64,000 nucleotides of DNA from Parcubacteria group bacterium GW2011_GWA2_42_14. GTDB lineage: Bacteria > Patescibacteriota > Minisyncoccia > Sungbacterales > GWA2-42-14. Positions 45,406-56,835 of this stretch are shown here, piece by piece. The notes below the pieces were generated by a model. That model was not told the DNA's origin. It saw only the letters and a program-made list of their open reading frames with translations, and did not search any database. Within the stretch, counting starts at the first letter, position 1, and every line of letters begins with the position of its first letter. The translations under genes were made by a program, and so were the position numbers. Location of the stretch: assembly GCA_000998135.1 (NCBI GenBank), contig LCCV01000010.1:9073-73072 (forward strand), read 5' to 3'.

Positions 45406-46827
45406 TCATCCGTTTTTGAATTTCTTTTCGCGAAGTTTATGATGATATTTTTTCGCGAACCGGTGCGATTCGTCGCGGATTCTTTGAAACAAATGCAAAA
45501 TTTCTTGCGGCTGTTTTTTGAGTTTAATCGGAAACCTCCACCTTTCAATATATAGTTCTTCGTTTTGTTTCGCCAGTGCTGTAATAATTGGAATTTTGAA
45601 TTTTGAATTTATTTGGGGTTTGTGTTTTGGGATTTGGGATTTTAATGCGGCCGTCGCCGCATTTAATTGAGGTTTGCCACCGTCCATAACAATTAAGTCC
45701 GGGTAGATCCATTCGGGATGGTTAAAGCGGCGCGTGATGACTTCGCGCATCATATCAACATCGCTGATTTGATGCACGGTTTTAATTTTAAATTTGCGGT
45801 ATTGGTTTTTATCGGGTGCGTAACTATTTGCTTGTTTGGAAAATACTACCATTGAACTGGTTGCTTCGGTTCCCGAAATGTTGGAGATGTCATATCCTTC
45901 AATTCGCGAAATATTTTTTGCAGTATGCAGGAGTATCTTTAGCCGATTTTCGAGCTCGGCAGAGGTCTGACCTCTCGCGAGGGGTCGGACCTCAAGCGTT
46001 TGCCGATGTTCAAAAATGTTTTTTAATCCAAAAAGCTGGTCGCGCAATACTGCGGCTTTTTCAAATTCCTGATTTTTGGACATCGTGGACATTTTATTTT
46101 TCAGTTCGTGTATCAGTTGTTTCTTTTTTCCCCGGAGTACCGCCATAATGTTTTTAATGTTTGACTGATATTCTAATCGTTGTTTGGAATTTAGAATTTT
46201 GGATTTTGAATTTGTTTCGAATTTCGGATTTAGAATTTTGAATTTGCTATTGTTGTCAAAACAACAATAGCCGGGGCATCTTCCAATCTCCGCGTTTAAG
46301 CAGGGCCTTTTATGCGTTTCTTTGCAAGTACAGTAGGGAAAGATTCGGCGAAGCAATCGTAATGTTATTTTTAAGGCGTTTCCATCAGTAAAGGGCCCGA
46401 TATAACTGATTTCGTGTTTTAATTTTTGGATTTTGTGTTTTGTTTGGGATTTGGGATTTGGATTTTGGTATTTTGGGCGGGTATCTGGTTGATGAGTAAT
46501 TAAGATTTTTGGGAAAATTTCTTTTGTAAAACCAATATAGAAGTAACCCTTATCATCTCTCATTAAAACGTTGTATTTTGGCAAATATTTTTTTATTAGT
46601 TCGGCCTCTTTAATCAGCGCTTCAATTTCTGATGCCGTCTCAAGTATTTGTATTTTTTTTGCCTCTTCAAGAAGTTTTGCAATTTTAGGGATTTTTATCG
46701 TTTGGGAAAAATAAAAAGCCAGACGGTTTTTCAGGTTCCCCGCCTTGCCGATATAAAGAGGTTTTTGATGCCTATCTTTGAAGATATAAACCCCGGGCTT
46801 ATGGGGGATTTTTTTGGGTTTATTCAT
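45406..46827 (-). CDS. uvrC: excinuclease ABC subunit C (short form lacking C-terminal HhH; three in-frame simple-repeat tracts)
   Basis: GIY-YIG (PGVYIFKD...YIGKAGNLKNR), UVR domain, RNaseH-like endonuclease (IEGYDISN; DESHRFA). Confidence 0.82.
   Translation of the reverse strand: MNKPKKIPHKPGVYIFKDRHQKPLYIGKAGNLKNRLAFYFSQTIKIPKIAKLLEEAKKIQILETASEIEALIKEAELIKKYLPKYNVLMRDDKGYFYIGFTKEIFPKILITHQPDTRPKYQNPNPKSQTKHKIQKLKHEISYIGPFTDGNALKITLRLLRRIFPYCTCKETHKRPCLNAEIGRCPGYCCFDNNSKFKILNPKFETNSKSKILNSKQRLEYQSNIKNIMAVLRGKKKQLIHELKNKMSTMSKNQEFEKAAVLRDQLFGLKNIFEHRQTLEVRPLARGQTSAELENRLKILLHTAKNISRIEGYDISNISGTEATSSMVVFSKQANSYAPDKNQYRKFKIKTVHQISDVDMMREVITRRFNHPEWIYPDLIVMDGGKPQLNAATAALKSQIPKHKPQINSKFKIPIITALAKQNEELYIERWRFPIKLKKQPQEILHLFQRIRDESHRFAKKYHHKLREKKFKNG
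45587..45645. repeat. AATTTTGAATTTTGAATTT...GGGATTTGGGATTT repeat inside uvrC
   Basis: Encodes ...SQIPKHKPQINSKFKIP... on the minus strand. Confidence 0.6.
46184..46245. repeat. GAATTTAGAATTTTGGATTTTGAATTT repeat inside uvrC
   Basis: Encodes NSKFKILNPKFETNSKSKILNSKQ. Confidence 0.6.
46418..46475. repeat. TTTGGGATTTGGGATTTGGATTTTGG repeat inside uvrC
   Basis: Encodes KYQNPNPKSQTKHKIQK. Confidence 0.6.
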
Positions 46828-46870
46828 TTTTTCATACTATCATTTTTTTTATTTATTAACACGGCTGTTT

Positions 46871-46982
46871 GCCCCGTTAGAAATCTTTATGAAGCGCATT
46901 TTATTCGGAAAGGCGCAAGATAGAGCCGCTTTGCTTCATGCCGTTAAGCTATAATTTACGTATTGCCGGATTTCTAACGGGG
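46871..46982. repeat. element bounded by inverted repeat CCCCGTTAGAAATC / GATTTCTAACGGGG
   Basis: Related elements at 56836-56950 and 53927-54030. Confidence 0.5.
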
Positions 46983-47114
46983 TAAGACGTTTTCGCTTTT
47001 TGATGTACTGAAAACTTTAGGCCAACGCCGGACCTCTAACCAGGTTTGCTTTTAGCTGACAAGGAAGGTACTTTTAAAGCAGTTATTTTCCAACAAAATA
47101 TAGAGAGGGTGGCG

Positions 47115-48356
47115 ATGCCGCGTTTTAGATATGTGATAGCGTTGGGGCTGGCGGTTTTATTGCTTGTTTTTGCCCTTGTTTTCAGCATTCTTGGCCGCGT
47201 TCGTTACGGCGATTTCTATGAAACAGCGGAAGTAATGAGCATAATTGAGAATAATTATGTTGATAAGGTTGATATTAAAAAATGCCAGGAAAAAATTTTG
47301 CAATCGGGCCTTCAGGATTGTCTTGATAAGCATTCTTATTATTATAGCGCTGACGATCTTAAAGCGGTTAAATCTTTAGATAGCGCCCCATTTGTCGGCA
47401 TCGGCCTACAGGTAAATAAAAAGGATGATTATATTCATGTGGTTTCGGTTTTAGAAAACTCGCCCGCGCAAAGAGTCGGAATTATTCCTGACGATTTAAT
47501 TGTCGCGGTAAACGGCGTTTCTACAAAAAATATGTCGCCCGAGGATGCCACTAATAAAATCAGGGGCAAGTCCGGAGAAAAAGTTGTTTTAACCATTCAG
47601 CGCGGACAGAAAAAACAGAAAGATTTTATTCTAGTTAGGGAAAAAATTGAACGGTTTTACGTGAAGCCGTCGTTTATAACGCCGGAAATCGGTTATATAA
47701 GAATTACTTCGTTTGAACAGCTATCCTCCCTTGAACTTTATTCATCTTTTTACAGCCTTGGGATTTTGAGCGATTTTTCCAGCAAAGATTTTACCGGCAA
47801 TAAAAGCGCAAGAGGAATAATTATTGACTTGAGGCGTAATCCCGGAGGGTTTCTCGGTGAAGTGCTGAGTATGCTTGATTTCTTTTCGCCGGACAAAGGC
47901 AGAACGGTGTTTTCGGCCAAGGGACTCCATGTAAATGAAAAATTTACAACCGGCATCAAGGGATTTTTTGACAATCTGCCGATTGTTGTCTTGATTGATG
48001 CTAATTCGGCTTCGGCCGCGGAAGTTATGGCCGGAGTTCTTAAAATTTGGGGGCATGCGGTTGTCGGTGAAAAAAGTTACGGCAAAGGAACGGTTCAGGA
48101 ATTTCCCATTCGGCTTTCATCCGGTTCGGCGCTTCGTTTGACTGTTGCGCGTTATTTTTTGGGAGAGCAAGAAGTCGCCGTTGATGGCATTGGAATTTCG
48201 CCCGACCACGAAGTAAAATGGAAAAAATCGGAAAACCAGAGCGAAGAAGATTTTGCCGCTGAATTTTTCCCTAATTTTGGCAATCCGGAAAAAGATCCGC
48301 AGCTGAAAAAAGCGGTTGAGGTTTTGAAAGAACAAATGAAAAAGCCGAGGAATTAA
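47115..48356 (+). CDS. ctpA: carboxyl-terminal processing protease (S41) with PDZ domain
   Basis: N-terminal TM, PDZ (GIGLQV...VVSVLENSPAQRVGIIPDDLIVAVNG), S41 catalytic region (GGFL...ANSASAAE). Confidence 0.85.
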   Translation: MPRFRYVIALGLAVLLLVFALVFSILGRVRYGDFYETAEVMSIIENNYVDKVDIKKCQEKILQSGLQDCLDKHSYYYSADDLKAVKSLDSAPFVGIGLQVNKKDDYIHVVSVLENSPAQRVGIIPDDLIVAVNGVSTKNMSPEDATNKIRGKSGEKVVLTIQRGQKKQKDFILVREKIERFYVKPSFITPEIGYIRITSFEQLSSLELYSSFYSLGILSDFSSKDFTGNKSARGIIIDLRRNPGGFLGEVLSMLDFFSPDKGRTVFSAKGLHVNEKFTTGIKGFFDNLPIVVLIDANSASAAEVMAGVLKIWGHAVVGEKSYGKGTVQEFPIRLSSGSALRLTVARYFLGEQEVAVDGIGISPDHEVKWKKSENQSEEDFAAEFFPNFGNPEKDPQLKKAVEVLKEQMKKPRN

Positions 48357-48370
48357 CTTCGGTTTTTTGC

Positions 48371-48399
48371 TTGACTCAAATTAAAAAAAATGATATATT
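48371..48399 (+). promoter_or_regulatory. sigma70-like promoter TTGACT-17nt-TATATT
   Basis: Near-consensus -35 and -10 with 17-nt spacing upstream of ATG 48416. Confidence 0.4.
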
Positions 48400-48415
48400 G
48401 ATACAAGTTCATTTA

Positions 48416-48820
48416 ATGGGAAAGAAGGGGTTGTTGGATATGCGAGGAATGGAAGATCGGTTTAGGGATTTATATCAGTCTCTCTTAAAAAGGATGCGTC
48501 TGATTCGAGTACAAAACCCAGAATTACGTGGCGCTATTGAGGTTGTTATTGCGCACAATAATGTTAGTTCACTTGTTCTAAGCGAATCGCCTTATTGGGA
48601 GATTAGGTATTTAAATCACCAATACTGCATTAGTGGTGTATCCCTTGACGGAGTTGTTAAAGAATATGCTCGTATTCAGGATATTGAATACCGTGTTCTA
48701 CTAAGTTGTTATTTATTACAGGGCCCGTTTGGCAAAGAAACGCAACATGAGTACTTTGTTAGGGTGTGCGACGTTTTAAATATATTAAAGAGAATAGGCT
48801 GGAACTTTTGGATGGTCTGA
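48416..48820 (+). CDS. hypothetical protein (134 aa)
   Basis: ORF; start moved downstream of the promoter. Confidence 0.4.
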   Translation: MGKKGLLDMRGMEDRFRDLYQSLLKRMRLIRVQNPELRGAIEVVIAHNNVSSLVLSESPYWEIRYLNHQYCISGVSLDGVVKEYARIQDIEYRVLLSCYLLQGPFGKETQHEYFVRVCDVLNILKRIGWNFWMV

Positions 48821-48872
48821 TTTCTAAAATGGAAGTCGCCCTTCAAAAACTTAATGAAGGTTAGGCTTTTTT

Positions 48873-48900
48873 AACCGAAGCGTTATGCTTCGGTTTTTCT
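48873..48900 (+). terminator. Rho-independent terminator (aaccgaagcgttatgcttcggtt + T-run)
   Basis: Perfect hairpin. Confidence 0.7.
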
Positions 48901-48938
48901 ATTGATTTCTCTCTTTTTTTGTTATAGTATATATAACT

Positions 48939-51818
48939 ATGCCTAATAGCGATGTCATAAAAATCCGTGGAGCTCGGGTCCATAATCTCAAGAATATTGA
49001 TGTGGATATTCCTAAAAATAAACTGGTGGTAATTACCGGCCTTTCCGGTTCCGGGAAATCATCTTTGGCATTTGATACGATTTATGCCGAGGCCGAACGC
49101 AGATTTGTTGAGTCGCTTTCCAGTTATGCCCGTCAGTTTTTGGGAGTGCAGGATAAACCGGATGTGGAAAAAATGGAGGGTTTAAGTCCGGCAATTTCCA
49201 TTGATCAAAAATCTGTTTCCAAAAATCCGCGCTCAACCGTAGGCACTATTACGGAGATTTATGATTATCTCCGTATTTTATTTGCCCGCATCGGGAAACC
49301 TTTTTGCCCGCAGTGCGGAAAGCCGGTTGGAAAACAAACCGTTGACCAGATTGTAGACAGGATTAGGCAATTTAAATCCGGGCAGGAGATTTTGATTTTA
49401 GCCCCGCTTGTATCGGGCAAAAAAGGGGAACATCGTTTAATTTTAGAAGAAGTTGAAAGAGGAGGTTTTTTAAAAGTCCGGCTGGACGGAGAATTTATGC
49501 CGATTGAAGAAGCAGAGGACAAAATGCTTGATAAAAAGAAAAAACATTTTATTGAAGTTGTCGTGGACAGGTTTTTATTGAATCGGGATATAGAACGTTC
49601 CCGTATGGCTGATTCTGTGGAAACAGCCCTTAAGGTTGGTAAGGGAATATTGGTTGTTCAGGCGGGAAGTCAGGATTATTTCTTTTCAGAAAAATTCGCA
49701 TGTATTGATTGCGGAATTGATTTGCCCGATATTGAACCGAGAATTTTCTCTTTTAACAGTCCTTATGGAGCGTGCTCTGAATGTACCGGTTTGGGGTCGC
49801 AATTGGAAGTTGACCCGGAACTTGTTTTGCCCAATACGCGCCTGACTCTTGGTGAAGGCGCGATAAGGCCGTGGGCTTCGGCGTCGCATCGCGTAGGAAG
49901 GCAGTCATGGTATTGGTGGCTACTTACCGACTTGGCTGAAAGGCATAAGTTTTCTTTAAATACATCGGTTAAAGAGTTGTCAAAAGATGTTATTGATTTG
50001 ATTTTGTACGGAGAGGAGCGTCGAAGTCCGACTTCCGCGGGAAGTCGTACTTCAGAAAATTCGTTTGAAGGCGTGATTCCTAATCTTAAGCGAAGATGGA
50101 AAGAGACCGATTCCGATTTTACGCGGGCCGAGATTGAAAAATATATGCTTATAAAAAAGTGTCCTGTTTGCGAGGGCAGGCGATTGCGGCGGGAAACATT
50201 GGCCGTGAAAATTTTGGATAAAAATATTGCCGATATTTCTGTTATGTCTATTGGGGAAGCAAGAATATTCTTGAGTGTATCAATGTATCAATATATTAAA
50301 ACATCAAAACGTCTGCAAACCATAGCCGAGCCGCTGGTTAAGGAAATTTTGAAGCGTTTGGAATTTTTAATGGACGTGGGATTGGAATATCTTACTATTA
50401 ATCGGGAATCAACATCGCTTTCAGGAGGAGAAGCGCAGCGAATTCGGCTCGCGACGCAAATCGGTTCACAATTAACGGGAATATTATACATTCTTGATGA
50501 GCCGTCTATTGGTCTTCATCAGCGCGACCAGGAACGCCTGATTAAAACCTTGAAGGATTTGCGCGATTTGGGAAACACGGTTATTGTGGTGGAACATGAC
50601 GCGCAGACAATTCGTGAGGCCGATTGGGTAATTGATTTGGGCCCGGGAGCGGGGAAGCATGGCGGCGAAATTATATTTGAAGGAACGCCGAAAACTTTAC
50701 TAAAAGTTAAAACTTTGACAGGGGAATATCTCTCGGGAAGGAAGAAAATTGATATCAAAAATCCAAAAATCCCAAATCCCAAATCCCAAATCCCAAATAA
50801 AACACAAAGCACAAAATCCAAATCACAAACCTATTTAACTATTAAAGGAGCGAAAGAGCATAACCTTAAAAATATTGATGTTAAAATTCCTCTTGGAAAA
50901 TTTGTGGCGGTTTCCGGTGTCTCCGGTTCCGGAAAGTCATCTTTGATTAATGATATTTTGGCGCGTGCGCTTTTGGTGAAATTTTATGACGCGCATTTGT
51001 ATCCGGGCGAGCATAAACAGGTTACGGGAACGGAAAATATTGATAAAGTTGTGGTGGTGGACCAGTCGCCGATTGGCAGAACTCCGCGTTCTAACCCAGC
51101 AACTTATACCGGCGCTTTTTCTCATATCCGCGCTCTTTTTGCCAATTTGCCGGAATCACGCGCTCGCGGATTTGAGCCGGGACGTTTCAGTTTTAACGTC
51201 AAAGGGGGCAGGTGCGAGGTTTGCGAGGGCCAGGGAGTTAAAAAAATTGAAATGTTTTTTCTGCCGGATGTATATGTTGAATGCGAAGAGTGCAAGGGGA
51301 AACGGTATAATCGCGAGGCCTTGTCGGTGGAATATAGCGGTTTAAATATTTCTGAAATTCTTAACCAAACCATTGAAGAATCGCTGCCGCTTTTTAAAAA
51401 TATTCCGGCCGTTGAACGAATTTTGAAAGTTCTTTCGGATGTGGGGCTCGGCTATATGCGTCTGGGACAGTCGGCAACTACTTTGTCGGGAGGTGAAGCC
51501 CAGCGGATTAAACTTGCGTCAGAACTTTCCCGAAAAGACACCGGCAAAACTTTATATATTCTTGATGAGCCGACAACAGGATTGCATTTTGACGATATTC
51601 GCAAACTTCTTACGATTTTGCGGGCACTCGTAGATAAGGGCAACAGCGTTTTAATAATTGAGCATAATCTTGATGTATTACGAAACGCGGATTGGATTAT
51701 TGATTTAGGGCCGGAAGGAGGCGATAAGGGCGGAGAAATTGTTGCTGAAGGAATACCTGAAGAAGTTATAAAAGAGAAAAAATCATATACCGGTCAGTGG
51801 CTGAAAAATGATTTTTAA
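48939..51818 (+). CDS. uvrA: excinuclease ABC subunit A
   Basis: Two ABC ATPase modules ([10 protein letters not shown]; [10 protein letters not shown]; LSGGEAQR x2) and zinc-finger CxxC pairs. Confidence 0.96.
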   Translation: MPNSDVIKIRGARVHNLKNIDVDIPKNKLVVITGLSGSGKSSLAFDTIYAEAERRFVESLSSYARQFLGVQDKPDVEKMEGLSPAISIDQKSVSKNPRSTVGTITEIYDYLRILFARIGKPFCPQCGKPVGKQTVDQIVDRIRQFKSGQEILILAPLVSGKKGEHRLILEEVERGGFLKVRLDGEFMPIEEAEDKMLDKKKKHFIEVVVDRFLLNRDIERSRMADSVETALKVGKGILVVQAGSQDYFFSEKFACIDCGIDLPDIEPRIFSFNSPYGACSECTGLGSQLEVDPELVLPNTRLTLGEGAIRPWASASHRVGRQSWYWWLLTDLAERHKFSLNTSVKELSKDVIDLILYGEERRSPTSAGSRTSENSFEGVIPNLKRRWKETDSDFTRAEIEKYMLIKKCPVCEGRRLRRETLAVKILDKNIADISVMSIGEARIFLSVSMYQYIKTSKRLQTIAEPLVKEILKRLEFLMDVGLEYLTINRESTSLSGGEAQRIRLATQIGSQLTGILYILDEPSIGLHQRDQERLIKTLKDLRDLGNTVIVVEHDAQTIREADWVIDLGPGAGKHGGEIIFEGTPKTLLKVKTLTGEYLSGRKKIDIKNPKIPNPKSQIPNKTQSTKSKSQTYLTIKGAKEHNLKNIDVKIPLGKFVAVSGVSGSGKSSLINDILARALLVKFYDAHLYPGEHKQVTGTENIDKVVVVDQSPIGRTPRSNPATYTGAFSHIRALFANLPESRARGFEPGRFSFNVKGGRCEVCEGQGVKKIEMFFLPDVYVECEECKGKRYNREALSVEYSGLNISEILNQTIEESLPLFKNIPAVERILKVLSDVGLGYMRLGQSATTLSGGEAQRIKLASELSRKDTGKTLYILDEPTTGLHFDDIRKLLTILRALVDKGNSVLIIEHNLDVLRNADWIIDLGPEGGDKGGEIVAEGIPEEVIKEKKSYTGQWLKNDF
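50022..50054. repeat. CGAAGTCCGACTTCCGCGGGAAGTCGTACTTCAG palindromic element inside uvrA, in frame
   Basis: Encodes [13 protein letters not shown] in a variable linker; the 13-mer is shared with 44994-45033. Confidence 0.55.
50755..50823. repeat. AAAAATCCAAAAATCCCAAATCCCAAATCCCAAAT...AAATCCAAATCACAAA repeat inside uvrA, in frame
   Basis: Encodes [24 protein letters not shown] at the linker before the second ABC module (inference that it is unusually long there; no alignment run). Confidence 0.65.
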
Positions 51819-51822
51819 AAAT

Positions 51823-51865
51823 TGCCGTCATTCTGAGTTCGCCAGCTGGCGGACGAAGAATCCCA
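51823..51865. repeat. GTCATTCTGAG...GAAGAATC short element
   Basis: gccgtcattctgagttcgccagctggcggacgaagaatccc. Confidence 0.5.
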
Positions 51866-51885
51866 ATCACAGGTTTTTTTATTCC

Positions 51886-51919
51886 CCCTATCTTCTGCTT
51901 AAGCAGAAGATAGGGGGAA
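51886..51919. terminator. perfect 34-bp palindrome CCCCCTATCTTCTGCTTAAGCAGAAGATAGGGGG
   Basis: Downstream of uvrA. Confidence 0.6.
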
Positions 51920-51994
51920 TTTGATTCCTATTGCAATTTTTTTGAGGAAATGATACATATTGAGAGCATCTTTGAAAAGTGAAAGGAAAAAACA

Positions 51995-52414
51995 ATGAAA
52001 AGTATTGTGGCTTTGGTTGTTTTTACCATTATTATTGTGTTTTCTGCCGATTCGGCTGTGGCGGAGAGTAACCCTTTGCTTACTATTTTTGAGGGGGTTG
52101 GGGTAGGAATGAATGTGGGTGAAGTGATAGATGCGGTACTGGGTTTTGATATGGGAGGCGGTTGCTATTGTATGGTTATCAAAACTGATAACCCTAAAGT
52201 TCTAGAGGCGATATCTTACAGTCGTGATTTTAAGTCTCCTGGAAAGGATGTTTTAATTGGCGTAAAAGCGCCCATAGGGCCCCACGCCTCTTTGCAAATT
52301 GAAATGGATAGATCGTTGGATTCGTTCGTAAAAGACTTAAAAAACGCTAAAGTAGTAAAAATTACTTATAGTTATGAATTTATGAAATTTAAAAAAGAAT
52401 TGGTTAAAAAGTAA
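51995..52414 (+). CDS. secreted hypothetical protein
   Basis: Signal peptide MKSIVALVVFTIIIVFSADSAVA. Confidence 0.4.
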   Translation: MKSIVALVVFTIIIVFSADSAVAESNPLLTIFEGVGVGMNVGEVIDAVLGFDMGGGCYCMVIKTDNPKVLEAISYSRDFKSPGKDVLIGVKAPIGPHASLQIEMDRSLDSFVKDLKNAKVVKITYSYEFMKFKKELVKK

Positions 52415-52447
52415 AACCGCGTAAAATTTACGCGGTGTTTTTTTATT
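52414..52447. terminator. Rho-independent terminator (aaccgcgtaaaatttacgcggt + T7)
   Basis: Hairpin plus T-run. Confidence 0.7.
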
Positions 52448-52471
52448 CGCGGTGTTCGCATGTAATTCGCA

Positions 52472-52996
52472 TTATGTTTTCTGAAAGTGAGAAAATAAAC
52501 TCAACCAGGAAAACACAACGGCGATATTGGCAAATGTTATTCCGGCGACGAGCGTTACCGGTATTTCCGTAATGAACCAAAGCATCATGAGAATGATCGC
52601 GAAGTACTGAAGGCATGCTTTGAATTTTCCCACGCGCGTGGCGGGAATTTTGGGACTAAACCATGTTTTTAAGGGCGGAAAGCGTATGGCCACAAGCAGG
52701 GCCTCTGGTATTACTGTAAAAACAAAAGTCCAATAAATCGGCAATATAAATGATAAAATCCACAATGTTCCGACATAAAGAATTTTGTCGGCCAAGGGGT
52801 CAAGAATTGCTCCTAATTCGCTTTGGGCGTTAAGCCAGCGCGCTGCAAGGCCGTCAAACCAGTCGGTGAGTGCTGCCAAAAGAAAAATTAGAAAAGCGGT
52901 AGCCGGATTTGTTTCAAAAAGCCAGTAAATCGCGACAAGCATTATTATCCTTGATAAGGAAATAAGATTCGGAATCGTTTTTTGGGTTAGAAACAT
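52472..52996 (-). CDS. pgsA: CDP-alcohol phosphatidyltransferase (PgsA-like)
   Basis: D-x2-DG-x2-AR...G-x3-D-x3-D motif (DWFDGLAARWLNAQSELGAILDPLADK). Confidence 0.75.
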   Translation of the reverse strand: MFLTQKTIPNLISLSRIIMLVAIYWLFETNPATAFLIFLLAALTDWFDGLAARWLNAQSELGAILDPLADKILYVGTLWILSFILPIYWTFVFTVIPEALLVAIRFPPLKTWFSPKIPATRVGKFKACLQYFAIILMMLWFITEIPVTLVAGITFANIAVVFSWLSLFSHFQKT

Positions 52997-53008
52997 ATTA
53001 ATCTCCGC

Positions 53009-53857
53009 TTATGCATTATTTTTAAATTGGCGGAGTTTTTCCCGGAATTTTTTGATTTTTGTTTCGGAATAATCAATGGCGTCCCTGATGCTGTATCCGC
53101 CGAGCACCAAATAGAAAGCAAGGCAGGTATAAATAACTAATATCAGGGCCATTGCCGGTAGGGCTTGCAGCAGCTCGTAAAAAATAAAGTCCGGATTGTT
53201 TGCGGATTCAATAAAGAGTCCGCCGAAAAGCGCTATGGCCAGAAGTCCGAACTGTATTCTACCCCAAACATCGGTTTGCAGCTCTTCATTGGCAAATTCA
53301 GTTATGTTTTTAATCCAAGGAATTTCCGGGTCACAAAATCTTTTGAATTTGGCTATATTTATAAACAGAAGTATCGTAATAATCAGGAATGACACAAAAA
53401 GGAAGGGAAGCAGGATGGTTTGGTGCCATAAGTACCAGAAGTTTAAGAATATAACCCAGATGATAACGCTCCAGTCCCCGATATGGTCCATATAGGTGCC
53501 CAATTCCGTAACCTCGTTATTGTTCCGTGCGGTAGGGCCGTCAAAAAAATCTGTTATGATGGCAAAGAAAAGAAGCTTGGTTTGTTCGGTAAGCGTTGCT
53601 CCGGTAAAAAATCCAATCATTGCTTCAATCAACAGCCAGAAACGGACGGAAGTAAGAGCGTTGGCTGGAGTCAGAATTTTTTTATACAAAATCCCCTGTG
53701 TTCGTTCTCCGAAGATTCGGCCCGCCGTCCACGAAAGCGCCTTGCGAAACGGCCATACGATCCACCAAATCGGCTGGGTAACAGGGTAACAGATTTTATC
53801 GCGTACGTTTTTTTCGGCAGAAGTGGTCTGGCTTGTGAGCGTTTCTTCTTCGGCCAT
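53009..53857 (-). CDS. CDP-alcohol phosphatidyltransferase family protein (second, larger paralog)
   Basis: DFFDGPTARNNNEVTELGTYMDHIGD motif; ~8 TM. Confidence 0.65.
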   Translation of the reverse strand: MAEEETLTSQTTSAEKNVRDKICYPVTQPIWWIVWPFRKALSWTAGRIFGERTQGILYKKILTPANALTSVRFWLLIEAMIGFFTGATLTEQTKLLFFAIITDFFDGPTARNNNEVTELGTYMDHIGDWSVIIWVIFLNFWYLWHQTILLPFLFVSFLIITILLFINIAKFKRFCDPEIPWIKNITEFANEELQTDVWGRIQFGLLAIALFGGLFIESANNPDFIFYELLQALPAMALILVIYTCLAFYLVLGGYSIRDAIDYSETKIKKFREKLRQFKNNA

Positions 53858-53926
53858 CGGTTGTCCCTGAATAATATGTCAAAGAAACTAGTTTATAGGT
53901 AGCGTATTTTGGGAAATTTTGCAAAC

Positions 53927-54030
53927 CTCGTTAGGTCCCCGTTTAGGAGTTTTTTTATTTGATTTTAAAAAAATTTTCCTTGAATCTTTCGTCTTTGGTT
54001 TTCTGACGGAGTTTTTAGGATCTAACGGGG
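53927..54030. repeat. CCCCGTTTAGGAG / TAGGATCTAACGGGG element
   Basis: Third member of the CCCCGTTAG-bounded family. Confidence 0.4.
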
Positions 54031-54059
54031 CAAAAAGAAAAAGCCCCCGCGCGTTTAAG

Positions 54060-54350
54060 CTAAAGGGGCTTCCAAATGCAATGCATTTGTTTGGCAATGA
54101 TTTTTTTCTTTTTCCAGTTGTCAAATTGCATTTTTGACACGGCTATTAAAACAGGAAATAGTTGGTATTGTTCGGTTATATCAACGGTAATAAGTTCTCC
54201 TGTTTTTGCGTCAGAAAATGAGTATCCAAGAATGACTTCTCCGTCTTTTCCGGCAAGAAGACCCTTGGCTGTTTCTTTTTTTTGAAACACCACTTCCGCA
54301 GTTGTTTTAGCGGCGCCGGCAAAGTTATTAAAGGACCATACGCATGACAT
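54060..54350 (-). CDS. hypothetical protein (96 aa)
   Basis: ORF with a downstream hairpin at 54040-54075. Confidence 0.35.
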   Translation of the reverse strand: MSCVWSFNNFAGAAKTTAEVVFQKKETAKGLLAGKDGEVILGYSFSDAKTGELITVDITEQYQLFPVLIAVSKMQFDNWKKKKIIAKQMHCIWKPL

Positions 54351-54438
54351 GTTTGTTTACCTCCTTGTTATTATTGTATCATATAAAAGATATGTTTGTC
54401 AAGTTGACATGGTTCTGGCTTATCGCATATATTTTAAT

Positions 54439-54465
54439 TTAGCAGTCGAATGATAAGAGTGCTAA
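54439..54465. promoter_or_regulatory. CIRCE element (HrcA operator) TTAGCAGTC-N9-GAGTGCTAA
   Basis: One mismatch to consensus TTAGCACTC-N9-GAGTGCTAA; ~80 bp upstream of groES. Confidence 0.7.
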
Positions 54466-54508
54466 TTTGAGTTTTTAGGCGGTTAGGTTTTTAGCTATTA
54501 TGTGTTTC

Positions 54509-54533
54509 CTAAAAGCTAAAAGCTAAAAGCTAA
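54509..54533. repeat. tandem octamer (AAAAGCTA)x3
   Basis: Direct reading. Confidence 0.8.
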
Positions 54534-54546
54534 AAGCTCTTAAAAA

Positions 54547-54845
54547 ATGTCTAATTTAAAGATAAAACCGCTCGGCGATCGGGTTCTGATAGAGCCCATG
54601 GACCAGGAAAAGGAAAAAACCAAGTCCGGCATCTATCTTCCCGAAACCGCCTCTAAAGAAAGGCCGGAAAGGGGCAGGGTTGTTGCCGTGGGCCCCGGCA
54701 AAATGCTTGATTCCGGAAAATTATCGCCCATGAATGTAAAAGAGGGGGATACGGTTCTTTTTACCAAATACGGACCGAATGAAATAAAGGTCGAGGAGAA
54801 AGAATACCTTATAGCAAGAGAGGAGGATATATTGGCAATCCTTGA

Positions 54846-54849
<4 letters not shown>
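54547..54849 (+). CDS. groES: co-chaperonin GroES
   Basis: [11 protein letters not shown]...GIYLPETA...GRVVAVGPG. Confidence 0.96.
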
Positions 54850-56600
<1,751 letters not shown>

Positions 56601-56654
56601 ATATTTGCCTGCGAGAACAAGCCCGCATGGCGCAGTTCGAGCAGATGCAAATAT

Positions 56655-56775
56655 TTAACCCCGCACCAAGCTTAATGAATTTCTGTTGTTAGGGGTTGTG
56701 TAAGCCGAAAGGCGATTCCGTGGAATATCTTTTGCATAATTCTGCCAAATTTCGAGCTTTGGTGCTGGGGTTAGC
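56655..56775. repeat. ~120-nt element bounded by AACCCCGCACCAAGC / GCTTTGGTGCTGGGGTT
   Basis: Same terminal motif as the mreB-leader element 31008-31123. Confidence 0.45.
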
Positions 56776-56808
56776 TCGTTTTTATGGTTGATGAAACGAA
56801 TAAAAAAT

Positions 56809-56833
56809 TGCCGGTTAACTCCGGCAGTTTTTA
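56809..56833 (+). terminator. hairpin ccggttaactccgg + T-run
   Basis: Short stem plus T5. Confidence 0.45.
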
Positions 56834-56835
56834 TT

